Source of the DNA: Eutreptiella sp. 'Long Island Sound 2002'
Taxonomy: Eukaryota > Protista > Euglenida
Reading direction: 5' to 3'
NCBI GenBank assembly: GCA_964036045.1
Contig: OZ038379.1
Span: 7,378,001-7,442,000, forward strand
DNA length: 64,000 nucleotides
Shown one piece after another: positions 11,997-24,306 of this stretch. Positions within the stretch are counted from its first letter, which is position 1. The number at the start of each line of letters is the position of its first letter. The notes under the pieces were generated by a model. The model saw only the letters and a program-made list of their open reading frames with translations, ran no database searches and was not told the origin of the DNA. Made by a program: the position numbers and the translations under genes.

Positions 11997-14900
11997 GCAC
12001 CCAGATTTCTCTCAGCGCCCTGTCGTCCGGCAGTCTCGTGCCCCCCCACCCCCCTCAATCCCGTCGGCCGGACGAATTAGACCCCTCGAGCCCCCCAAAC
12101 CCCGGCCTGCAAGCCGCTCTGCTCCCCCGTCCGGATTCGGGCAGCGCCCATATTTCACCCTCCGTCTGGTGTCTGCGAGCGGCACCCCTCGTGCCTTCCC
12201 CACACACCAATCCCTGCCTCCGTCGCAGGTGACCTTATGGAAGACTCAGTGCTGGCTTCAGCAACAGTAAAAAACCCCCCTCCTTGGCAGGCGCTTGTAC
12301 TCGTTTTCGAAAGAAGTGGTTCGGTTGTGTCGGTGCTTGGGCGGTGGCAATCATTGCTTCGGTTGAGTGCGCGCCGTGCACGCTGCTTTTCCTGCTTCCT
12401 CAGTGCCCAAGCACGACCTTGTCCTTGCACTGCATCCCCCGGGGACTGCACCTTGCTTGCGAAATTGGGGAGCTGGCGTTTCCTTTGATTTTGTTCAACT
12501 TGACAGGGGTGCTTGACAGGGGTGAATTGCACCACCACGTCTCACGAGAGAGCAGCTGAGAACATGCCTTTTGCGCAGGGTCCCGCCTCACTTGCATCCA
12601 AATGCCCCAGCAGGTACTTGAATTGGCTCCCGGGCAATCCCAGGCAAAATGGTAAACGCAAGTGGGTACAGAGTCACGTTCCTCATGCTGTTGACTCTGA
12701 GATGGTTGGACCGGTGGGAATCTCCGGTGGCGAAAGGGGCGCAAGTGGCTGCGAACAATGTTTGCGGAGATCGACGGATTGGTGGGTTGTCTTGTGCAGC
12801 GTGTGCATTTCGCTTCATAGTTGCTGCTTGCTCGCTCAGAACGGGGTCTCGCGTCAAGCCCATAGCTGAGTATGAAGCAGCTCATTCTGATCATGTCGAA
12901 GGTAGCACGCTGGTGGCAAGTCTGCTTCTGTCTTCTAATCCCTGGTTTTGTGATCCTGGTACCTTTCAGCTCGCCACGGCCAGGATCTTTTGCCCACCGC
13001 GGCGGGACACTTTCTGGGCGTTAACAACGGAAGGCTTGAGTTGGAATGACGCCGACGTGCAACACCACAACTATATTGCTTTGGACGATATAAATGGCCT
13101 TGTGCAAGCCCCAGGCCCACACACACACACACACACACACACACGCCATGATGTCTTCGTACTAGTCCGTTATGCACGTGTGCTTTGCAGCATAACAGGC
13201 TGTGGGCCATGGGCGTTCAAGGGGGGGGGGCTTGCATAGCTCGATCATGAAACGATTTTTGGTGTGATATTCACGATGACGCTCCATCTCACTGCCATTG
13301 TTTGGAAGTCTCCACGTCCTGTCCAAACCATTTGAGGAGATACAGGAACTCTGGATTTTACCATTTTGCAGCACAGAAAAGTATGCCATACTGCTTGGCA
13401 CATGAGTGAAGGGTTCCTCATGGGCGTATTGACTCCATTGAGTTGTCACATCGTGTGCAAAAAGGGGCGGGGAGGGGGGGCGGGGAGGCATAGGAAGGAC
13501 AGGGCGGCATGCAAAGATATCTTGAGCTCCATCTGTCCCTGTCCGGTCAAACGGGGACAGTGTTGCCTGGGAGTGCGCATTTGTGGGTGGTCAGTTTTAA
13601 CCGAAGCTGAGTCTTCTGGCCACTTTCGGTACACCCTGCGGTACACCCAGGGACCCTTTGGATGGTGTCGAACACGTTTCGGCCATCCGCAGGTTGTGGA
13701 GCCATGCATGTTCTGTGTTGATTAAACGCGCATGAACTGACTTTGTGCCGGATTGATCAAGCACAAAGAACGTGCGCAATGCAATATCCCACGGGCGTTG
13801 AAGCGCATGAACGTGGTTGGAACCAACTCCACTGACGGAGTTTCCACCCAAAAGAGAGTCTCAGGCACAGTGCGCGCACAGTGCATACACCGAGTTTATG
13901 CAACACAGGAACCAGGACAATGGTGATGCAGCGAAAACCCTCCACCCAGAAACATACTATGAAAACTACAGTGCACTACCAAGTCTTGTGGGATTGTAAT
14001 CACCGTCCACAGGCCAAGGCTTCACTCCTATGACAGGGGTCTTAGGAGTGAAGACCCCTGTCATTCTGCATGCTGATCATAGACGTCAGAATGCCAGATC
14101 ATGTGTGCAGTGATGGAAGACGTTTTTTGCTTGTTTTGCTTGTTTCAAACTTTTTTTTACTTTTTTTGGATGTTTGTGGATTTTTTGGTACACTTTTGGA
14201 TTCCTTGGAGTTGCACCATGTGTAAATTACATGGGACATCATAGTCACCGGCTGGAGGGGGCAAGGACACAGTACAAGACACAAGGGAACAAAGAGGCCT
14301 TCCTTGGGCCGGTTGCAATGTGCAAATAGCACTTTTCAGAAGCCTCCAAGCGGCATCATGTTGTGGGGCTCTGAAGGGAGACTGTTGGCCCAGGTTTTGA
14401 CTCCAACAGCACACGGTGTGTGCACAGTGTGCGCGCAATGCGGAAGGGGAAGAATGTGCAGATGTGCAGTGCTGGCCAACATGCATACCTCGCTTCCCTC
14501 ATCAACACAATGGTGGTGCTGTGCTACAGACCGGGCCCTGGACCAGCACTGGGCAGGCAGACTCCCAACTGCCTGAACTCCCAGGAAGTGTTGATGGGCT
14601 GCCTGTTGCAGTGCCGAAGGCTTGTCAAGAACATGCACACACATGCAGCTCTCACACACTCACTCGGTGCATGGGTACGTGGGCTGCAGAGCACAAGGTT
14701 TTCCTTGGCACTGCTCTGTGCTCCTCTAACAGGCATGCGCAATAGGTGCTTCCAGGCCTGGTTCGGGACGAGTGCTCAGGGACCCCATCACAGCACTTTG
14801 CTATGGTGTGTGGTGCCTGGATGCATGTACTCGACCATTCATTTCCGCTGCTTTCATTTCAGTCAGGCACAGAGGTTGGGCATGGTTTTGCAACAGGTAA

Positions 14901-17900
14901 AACCGAAGGGAGAGGCGGAAGGGCCTCTTAAGGGAAGGTGATCTGACTGAAGTATCAGGCAGAGGAGGAACCTATTCACACTCAAATTGAAGGGCAGTGC
15001 TCTGCACCATCACTCGATGTTGTCACCCTATACCATCACCCTTTCCTGTCACTCTACACCGTCACTCTCTACCGTCGCTGTATACTGTTACTCTATACTG
15101 TCACTCTATATCGTCATTCTGTACCTGCATGCTCTGAAACATGCCCCCCCCCCCCCGCCCCCCAACGATGTTTCCTGGCACATTACAGGTCGTGCATGGT
15201 TGCACACCGGGGTTTTGCTGGTTATTTGTTGCTAAGATGCACAGCACACAGTTTGTGTTTTCCGCTGAGAAACATTGAACGCAAACACCCCCCCCATCCC
15301 CCTCCCCCCCTGCACAATAGCCAATGGAGCACTCTGATTGAACTTGCGTGTTTCACTGAATTAATCATGCCTCACGCAAGTATGGCTTTTGTCTCAGCAT
15401 GGCTGCCCCCTCTGACCGTTGTTTTGCCTGATTTTTGCTGTGCTTGCGCAATGGGGAGTGGGTGTTGAGCAGAGGTGCAGGTTCACATTTGTTGTGCTTC
15501 TACCAATGAATGAGGGTGTGTGTCAAGACAGCAGTCTGCAGCACGAGCGGCAGCAAAGAATCGGACGTTTGGAAAGGAGAGAGCCCCTAAAATTTTTGCC
15601 CACAACATCCGTCATATCTGTGGACATCTGTGGACAGTGCAGCCCTCTTCACCCATTTCACTGCCTACACCTCTGGACTTAGCCTGGATGTGCCTGAGTA
15701 TGCAAAGACCGATCAAATCGGCACTCAAGGCCCACACACTGCCGAGTGAAGGAGCCAGAAGAGGTTTCCACGTCAGTGAACTGCCCATCAGCATGAAGGA
15801 GCGTGCTGTGCATGCGTTGTGGGACGTTGCCTGTCATGTTGAGACTACTGCACCAGCCTGAGGCATTTTGTTGTGCTGGCCCACAAACTCGCCTCATGTG
15901 AGTGTGTGCTCTGGCGCTGTTTTTGTCCCTCTCTTGATTGCACCGTGAAAATTGCCAAGGGTCGCAAGGAAGGATGACGTGCCATACCGCTACCCTGACA
16001 GTAACAGCAACACATTTGTCCCAAGTCCACGAACCTCACCCTTCTACCTCCCCCTTGTGAGAACAACACCCTGCCAGAACAACAGGAGGTGTCGTTTCTG
16101 CAACTTTCGGAGGTGTTTTTTTTCTGCACCTGCACGTGTTCTGTAAATCAGCTTGAAGAGAGGTTGTTAGATCAAGCGCAGGCGCGGGCGTTGTACCCCC
16201 CTTTTGGGGGGTCATTCGCGTAGCATACCTCAAGGCATGATATTTGATGTCCAACCCCTTGTAAAATCATTATTTTGCCCAATAAGACGATCCCCCAATG
16301 GGTTTTTTGATTCTGCGGCCTCTATCCCCTGAAAATGGATATCACTTTTTTTTTGGAGGGGGGGGTGGGGGGGATGGGGAGAGGGGTCAAAAGTTTGTGC
16401 TCAGAAGGGTTTGAACGAGGGACAGATTGGGCAGAGCTGACAGGTCAGCCGGCGCCGCCGGCAGTGGTCGGCCTACAGGTCTGTGGTCGGCTGCATTACC
16501 ATTTGACCAGTTGCTTGTTCTGACAGTTGCTACTCTCCCCACTGCTTGTATCCGAGTCTGCCACCGAAAAAACCCAAACTGTGTGTTTCTGTCTGCCTGC
16601 CTGCTTGCCCAACTGACTGTCTGACTGACTGCTTGCCTGTTTAACTGACTGTTGGCTGACTGTCAGCGTCTCTTCGAGGTGCACTGCCGAAGGCAATAGA
16701 ATTTGAATGGTGGTGGTGGCACTGCACTCGACAGAGAGCAGAAACATGCCTTCCCATAAAGCGCACACACCGCGCCTGAGCCTCACTTATGGCCGCGCCC
16801 TCAACAGGCGGGGCCTCCGCGTCCGTGCCCCCCGACAACCCGCTGCAACCCCTACGGTAGGCTCTGTGGATACCGGGGTTCATCGACCCGGTCATCGCAC
16901 TCGTAGGAAACGTACTGGCCCCAAAGGCGACGGGCCCAGCCCGCCGAGCGCGCCACGGGGGCGTCGCAGCAACTGGGCGCATGGGCAAGGTGCCGCGGAC
17001 CTGCCCATGCCCGCCACCGGCGAGCAGCAGGCGTATGTAGCGCCGGGGCGCAACAACAAGGAGCTCCTGCAAGTTGTGAAGCAGCTGCAAGTTGTGAAGG
17101 AGCTGGGAGCAGAGATTGTGGACCCAAGGGGGAACGTTAGTGCGCTGGGCGCGCGCCGGGCATCTTTTGTGACCCGTGCCCCACCGGTGGCCTTCTAGGG
17201 GGTGCACTAAGGGGGCGCACTTAGCGCAGTGCAACTATTTGGGCGTCTGGCTGTACTAGAGACCCATACTTTGAAATACTGGGAGCATCATGGTGACCCC
17301 TGGCATAGGCTTTGTTTTCTGATTTTGTCCCCTTTGTTGGGGACCCCCGAGAATGAAGGGGTGACGTAGCATTTCCGCCCTCTTTTGGACCCCAACCTTC
17401 CGGTGCTATTGAGGAAACCGGGACAATCTTTGTTACGCTTTTGTCACCCCCCCTATGGACCATGGGAGCATGTCCTGCCTCATGTTTGGAAAGCAACTCG
17501 GCCGCCACGCAAGATGAGGCAGAGGATGAGGCAGAAGGGTGTGTGTTGTGTTGCCAGAAGCACTCCACCGTCGCAGTTTGTGATGAGTGTAAGGAGCACT
17601 ATTGTACTGAATGCATTGACACCCACACTTGTGGGACCAATGTTGTTCGTTAAGTACAATACAGATGACAGTTGGAGTTGTTGAATTCACAGATATTGCT
17701 TTATTATGCAATGTGCTTTGTAGGGAAGGTGTGCAGTGCAACATGGTCTACTTGGGGGGCTTCTCCATGAGAGGGTAAATCTGGGGCTGAAGTCGGGATA
17801 GTTAATAGAAAAGTAGCGCGCCAAGTGCACACCGGGCAAACATTCCCCCTCAGGGCCACGGCAACCAGAGAACGAGAGCAGACGGCTCATCGTAGGTTGG

Positions 17901-20900
17901 TGGCCCCCATCTGCGGAACAATGGGGCGCACAGCGGTGAGCACGGGCGGCAGCTGAGAAGCAAATCAACGGGCTGCGGGATGCGACCGGCTGCCTAGCGG
18001 AGGCGGGGCACTGCAGCCCGCCCATAGCAGCAACAAGCGGGCTGGTAGGTAGGTGGTGCCAAGCCGGCAAGCGGCGGTGGAGGAGGGCATTCCCCAAAAT
18101 GTGATTGGGGAGGCAAAGGCATACGCCACAGGCACTTGGCACACGCTCCGGGGTGCCTATGTCTGGACGGCGCCATCCCGGTTCCCGCCACATCCTTTTG
18201 TGGCTATGCAACCGCGTTGGGTGGCTATGCAACCGCGTTGGGCGGCAGAGGACATTAAGTTGGCGTTGGAGTGGCACAACCTGCATGGGCATTTGATACG
18301 ACGCTATGTAGAGCAGCAGGAAAGCGCCGAAAGGACGGCGCTAGTTCAGCGGGAGGGGGCTCGGCAGGCCCGGCACGCAGCAAGCAGCATGGCAGACGAG
18401 GGCTGTGGGAAGGGTGGACAAATGGCATTGAGGAGTATTCCATGACTGGCGTAGATGTTGAGGACAACACCGTTGTCAACAATGTCGTAGAAGTTCTGTA
18501 TGAAGTAGTGGGACCTAAGACAGGAAGGTCCAACACACTATAAGGGCTCACAACGCAATCACATTGCACCCCACAAATGTCCAAAGGACGCAGACTCAAG
18601 CTCGGCATTAACTGTGCGCCAAGTCCGAGCCTTAGGGACTCGGGCCACCAGCACATGAGCCACAGCTTGAAGATAGTCTCGGGACGGCTCCCACGCCCCC
18701 CATGTTCGCACTCCAACTCGTCCTGGTGAGTCTTCCCAGTAGAGCCCGGCTGGATGGCCTGCCGTCCCCGCATTGGCATCCAGCTCCAATACTCGGTTAG
18801 CGGCCCCGTGGGGGCCATCAGGACCGTGTACCAAGTCATGCGCGCAGGGATTGCCACACCTTCATCTTCTCTACTCCAGGGGCGGCAACAGACACCTGCA
18901 ACGCGCCCGCTCGCCCTAAGGGTCTTGCTCGCCGCCTCCAAAGGGAGAGGCAACCATACCTCCAAGCGGTGCCCTGCGCGTTCGCCCACAGCCATATGCG
19001 GCTGCACAATCACGTCGGGAGCTGGAACCCTTTTGAGATGGCTCTAGGCCTCGCGTTTGGCCCATTGCATGCACTTGTGCTCGTGCCCCCCCCCCCCCGT
19101 CCCTTGCCGAGAGAAGCATGGCTTGGTCAAGCAAAGCCGTGGTGCACCTGAGGTTGCCAATCTCCAGCGCCAGCGGCTGCAGCTCCTCATCCCGCTCATT
19201 GTCCAACATGGCGTCCTCCGGCGTGGCATCTTCAAGCTTACGTGCCCACGTGGCCATGAGCATTGACCCGCGGGGCTAGATTGACGGCCCTTTGCTCTGC
19301 TATCTCCTAGGGCTTGCGCTTGACTGTGACAACGCACTGGAGTCTACAGCCTGCAATCTCAAGGTCCATACGCCGGGATGTGAGCGCCCGCATGGCAGTA
19401 TCTGCCATGGCCTTGCTGGACACACCGTAGTTGACCAACAGCACCGTCTTGACATTTGTGACCGGTTCCTGTTGCTCTAGGTTGTCCTCAGCACTCGCAT
19501 GCGCCTCTGCAAGGGACAGGCCCACCAGCGCGGCCCGTTGCAGAGCCGCCAGGTTGTCGGCAACCGGCCACTCCGATGGTGGCTTCCTAGGCGTGATCCG
19601 CCGCAACCGCCCTGGTGTAGCTCCTTGTAGTCCTCCTCGGTGCATGCTCACGCCGCCTATACCGTGGTGGTACCTAGGATGAGTGCGAGGAGCGTGGAGG
19701 CGATGGGCTGGTATTCATCCACCTTCATGTGTTGTTCCATGTCGTAGTAAACCCAATTGGCACATCCTAGAACGGGGCACTTGATTGGCTCGTTGTCTAC
19801 GAACATTTTACACAATGCCATATCATGCTTCACAAACCATCTGTGGGCACAAAATGCATTAATGGGCTGAAATTGTGCTTTGGCAGTTGTCACCTTGTTC
19901 ACTACAATAGCGACACAACTCGGAGCCCGGTGGGTCACATCCCACCCCCACTGGAAATTTGATGCCCCTCCCTCGGAGCAAGAAGTGTGGCAGCGCTCCC
20001 CAGGCAAGCAACGCGCTTTAGAGGTAGGCGAAACGGCCAACAGTGTACAATGCAGATGTAACCCAAAGGTAGCACCCACTGCCAAAAGGCACAAGGACTA
20101 GAAAACAAGTAAAAAAAACTCTGCGAGTCAAAATTGCAACGGGAGGCAATGGCGAAAACCGACGAGGCCGAAGAGGATACATGGCCGCGCGCAAGCAACC
20201 AAGACGCCGAGCATGATGTGGCAACACGCCCCTCGCTACCATCAAGATCCCCCTCCTCCACTTCACCAGCGTCCTTCGCCTAGTCCGATACGTGCAAGCA
20301 ACCCCCTTTGTTGTGGGTGTAGTGGTAGTAGGTGTAGTAGTAGCAGTTCTTGTTTCCGTCACTTTCAGTGCTTTTACCGTTGCTTTCTGCCAAGATGTAG
20401 CTGGTGCAAATTATGATCCAAGTGGAGGATCACAACCCTCAAATTTTGATGAAGAGAAAGAGGATAGTAGTTCGCGGACCTATGATGCCTCGTCCAACTC
20501 AAGCTGCAGCACGTCCTCATCATCTAGCTCCTCGTAAATGCTCGTCAGTGAGGTTGCTCCGGTCGGACATCAAAGAAAAAAAGCACGACAAAGAAGTTTA
20601 GTGGGGTCTCATAAATTTTTGCCAGTCATCTCCTGACGGACCACTGTTAGGTTTGCCTTATGGCGTGGCAGTCGCCTACCGCACTAGAGAGCCCTCTTGT
20701 ACATGCTTATGGGCTGTGGGTCTGCGCCCCGTGCCCTGCATTGCAAGGATCCACCGTATCATATGCTGAAGTGAGGCCCACTGACCAAGAACTATCTTGA
20801 GAACTCTTCGAACTTTTGGAGTCAACCAAGAAAAAAGAAAAAGTGCACGACAAAGAAGGCCTACTCGGCTTACCGTAAGACACGGACACTGTGAAGACAC

Positions 20901-21805
20901 ACCTCAAAAGAAGGCCAAGGCCATGCATACTTGAACATATGTGAGGCGACGATCCCAGCTTGAGGGGCTGTGGGGAGCATTGAAAACCTCGTGTTCGACC
21001 AAGGCCATGTAATTTGGATGGGATTCCCACAAAAATGTTGTGAACCAATTTGGATCTTCATTGTGTGAACCGGCTTGGATATCCATTGTGTCAACCGGCT
21101 GGGATCTCTATTGTGTGAACGGGCTTGCATCTCCAATGCGTGAACTAGCTTGGATCTCCAAGTTAGATCACTGGGTCATTTTGGAGTAGGTGCCATATAT
21201 TGGCACCAAGGCTGTGCCGTGTACATGGTATGATAGTGTAAAGTGAAACAGCTTGGTGGGAAGATGGGCATCGTGGCAGGCTCTAATTAACTGCTATTCA
21301 AGTCGCTATTCAAATTCAAAATAAACGCGTTTATGCGTTTATTTTTCAAAAAACGCCCGTTTTGGGGCGAGAATCGCTGTTTATCGATGTTTATTGATGT
21401 TTATTGGTGTTTTCACATATTGTTGCATGCATTGGGGAAGGTTTTGGGTTGCCTTGTTGTGCCATTCGCTTGCAAGTTGTCATTTCCGGTAGGTGTCATT
21501 TAAATTTAAATAATCATAAACGCCATCTCGTTCGCTTACAACAAAGAGGTCAGGGAAATGTGCCTCTTGACACTTTGTGACGGATTGCATTTGTACATCC
21601 ACATTAGAACAACAAGCTTCAACACAAAATAAACAAAGTTCTCGCTTCTAATTCACCGCATGTCCGTACGCATTACCATAAATAGATAGACAAAGCCTGA
21701 ACTTTGCTGTTTCCTGTGTTTGTCCAATGTGCCAGAAGAATTATCATCTCTCGTCTTCTTGTTTGTTTACCCTTCAGACCCTCTTTTCCTATTTCGCATC
21801 TCGGG

Positions 21806-22360
21806 ATGGGTGGTGATGTATGGATGCGCCGCCTCGGTCCGGTCGCTCCCGAGGGTGCCGATTGGATGCATTTCAGCAATGCCGCGGCTGCCCTCCGGTA
21901 CCTACACTCCCCCGACGGTGGGTCATTGACGAAGTTGGCCCACATCCAAGTCATGCGCGCCGCCAAGTCGGATGGCACGCGCGATGGCTGGGCCTTCACC
22001 CTCAAGAAGCCGGCGTCTAGTTCAGGCGCATCGGCTGCCCCACCTCCGTCGTCCTCACGTGCCACCCCCTCCCTAAGTCCTTTTCTTCTTGTTCCGGTAA
22101 GGTGTGCATGTTGTGGTGCAAACATTTGTGGCACCAAGTATTCTTGTCAGAGGTGCCACAAGGTGGTTGATGAGGCGTGCATGACCATGGTTGGATCAAC
22201 CGTGCATTGCTTCTCGTGCACCTGCCGTGCCTGTGGACAGGAAGTGTCCACGCCTGATGTGGAATGCCACACGTGTCATTTCCGCGTATGTCCAGGGTGC
22301 ACCACAGATGGTATTTGCACCTCCTGTGTTGAGAGGTGCCGGCCGTCTGACCCCCCTCCC
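21806..22360 (+). CDS. N-terminal module of the hAT protein: short helical domain plus two Cys-rich zinc-finger-like modules, joined to the transposase frame through a poly-C frameshift
   Basis: ATG at 21806. Contains CACC..CQRC..DEAC..CFSC followed by CRAC..CHTC..CPGC..CTSC. The reading frame changes in the C-run near 22350-22362. Confidence 0.6.
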
Positions 22361-24036
22361 CCAAGAAACGGCAGTTCAGAAGGGAGTGGCTTCTTACCCG
22401 GTCTTGGCTAAGGTATGAGGCTACTACGGACAAGATGTGGTGCATTGCATGTAAACAGTATCCTCAACTTGGCCACTCTGTTCCCTTCGTGCAAGGTACT
22501 TCAAACTTCATGTTGTGCACCCTTAAGCATCACCAGCGGTTGGGCTCACACGCTGTGTCCTTGGCCTTGTGGCAATCAGGTGGTCGGGTGACGTCGGTCA
22601 TTAAAACCTTGCCCCCTCATGTGCTACAGGGCATCCTGGTCCTATTCAGGACCGTGTACAGGATTGTGCACCGCGCTGGTCCCCTCAGTCATGTGGAAGG
22701 GGATGCCGAGCTCGTGTCACTCAATGGAGGCACAGTTATCCCAAGTTATCGTTCACCCTTCTCGGCTAGGGAGGTGCTGCGCTTTATTTCCCAACCATTT
22801 CGCATTTCCCAGGGTCTAGTAATCAAGGAGTCTTCTTTTTTCTCCATCGCATCAGACTCGTGCACAGACCGCGCAGCAAAGAAAGAAGAGCTTTTTTATG
22901 TTCGTGCCGTCGTTGATGGAGTGATGGCTACCAATTATTTCTCTTGCCAACCCCTCCCCTCCGGCACCGCTCCAGGAATAGTTACTGCATTGAAACGGGC
23001 AATGGCCCATGCAGACGTGGATCTTGATGTTTGGATCCGTAAGCTCTTTTTCTACTGTGGGGATGGGGCCAGTGTGGTTCAGGGCGAATGTGGTGGGATT
23101 ATCCGCATCATCGGCGACTTGCAGAAGGAGATCGCAGGCTATGATGTGGTGGTGCCATATCACGCATCGTGTCACAGATGCGAGCTGGCCTTTAAGGCCG
23201 CCATCGCCTCCGACCATGCGTTTCTTGATCTACTTGCTGACACGTTGCAGTGTGTTGCGCTGTTTTGGAATAATGCTCCCTCTAGGCTCAAGACATTGCA
23301 TGCATTGGCTCTCGCCCTCGATGCCGCATTCTTGAAATTAGGGGATCTGCACACTCGTCGCTGGTGTGCTTTTGCAGCAGATGCCTTGCGCCGTATGAAG
23401 CGGTGCTATGTGATTGTTGTCCTTGGTTTGCGTGAGGTACACCTGAGCAAGGCAGTCCACAAAGAACAAAGAGATGCTTTGCTTTTTGCACTCACGAACG
23501 AGGTGTTTCTATGTGGTCTGTTTTTTATGCTGGATGTTGTGCAGGCTTCAGCCCTAATGTCCCAGGGAATCCAGGTGACGAAGAGGTGCTCTGCTCTGAT
23601 TGATCACAGTGTGGAGGCATGCGTTGCTGAGTTGGACAAAGTAGCGCGATGGGAAGGTGATGAGTGGCTAGCATTCAATGCCGCTCTGGTTTCTCACGAG
23701 GGCTCCCATACACGGTTTTATGGTGTCCCCCTGCACAACAGCACCGGGCGCACAGAATTCATGTCGCAGGCAAGTGATTTTGTGGCGAGGGCACGTGATG
23801 AGTTGTGCTTCTCAGGCCCCCCGGCGAGTCAATGCGTGGCGCCAGAGGACAACGTTATCAATGTGGACGATGACGAACAAGACGAGGAGGAGAACGAGAG
23901 GGACGAGGGTGGTGAAGGGGAGGAGGGGCAGGAGGAAGAGGAGGGTGAGGGGGAGAGGCGCTTCTGCCTCGGGCAGGAGCACGACAGCAGGGCTGTCAGG
24001 GAGCGGGAGGGGAGTGAGTGGCCACCGGACTTCTAA
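22360..24036 (+). CDS. hAT transposase (ZNF862/C17orf113-like), TTF-type zinc finger plus catalytic core, apparently lacking the C-terminal dimerisation domain and catalytic Glu
   Basis: The frame is open from PKKRQFRREWLLTRSWLRYEATTDKMWCIAC (TTF ZnF). It contains SIASDSCTD (first Asp), CGDGAS (second Asp), HASCHRCELA (CxxH) and TRRW. No ERxFS motif was found, and the protein ends in an acidic tail. Confidence 0.88.
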   Translation, partial: PKKRQFRREWLLTRSWLRYEATTDKMWCIACKQYPQLGHSVPFVQGTSNFMLCTLKHHQRLGSHAVSLALWQSGGRVTSVIKTLPPHVLQGILVLFRTVYRIVHRAGPLSHVEGDAELVSLNGGTVIPSYRSPFSAREVLRFISQPFRISQGLVIKESSFFSIASDSCTDRAAKKEELFYVRAVVDGVMATNYFSCQPLPSGTAPGIVTALKRAMAHADVDLDVWIRKLFFYCGDGASVVQGECGGIIRIIGDLQKEIAGYDVVVPYHASCHRCELAFKAAIASDHAFLDLLADTLQCVALFWNNAPSRLKTLHALALALDAAFLKLGDLHTRRWCAFAADALRRMKRCYVIVVLGLREVHLSKAVHKEQRDALLFALTNEVFLCGLFFMLDVVQASALMSQGIQVTKRCSALIDHSVEACVAELDKVARWEGDEWLAFNAALVSHEGSHTRFYGVPLHNSTGRTEFMSQASDFVARARDELCFSGPPASQCVAPEDNVINVDDDEQDEEENERDEGGEGEEGQEEEEGEGERRFCLGQEHDSRAVREREGSEWPPDF

Positions 24037-24226
24037 AGCAACTGCAGTGGGGCAGTGGAGCCCGCGCACATAAACAAATACAAAGATGTTCCGCATGTTT
24101 ATGTTGTGCTCTTGTTTCATGTGCAGGGTATGGATTACAGGAAGGGATGAGCCAATATTATTATTCAGATGCAAGCGCAAACAGCGGGGGAAAAAAAAAC
24201 AAGGCACAGCGGAACAATCATTTCAG

Positions 24227-24306
24227 TTGAATGAAGGTCCCAAAAATAAACATTTGAATGAAGGTCCCAAAATTAAACATTTGAATGAAGGTCCCATAAA
24301 TAAACA
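24227..24306. repeat. Three tandem copies of a 27-bp unit in the hAT 3' subterminal region
   Basis: TTGAATGAAGGTCCCAAAAATAAACAT repeated three times with minor substitutions. Confidence 0.95.
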
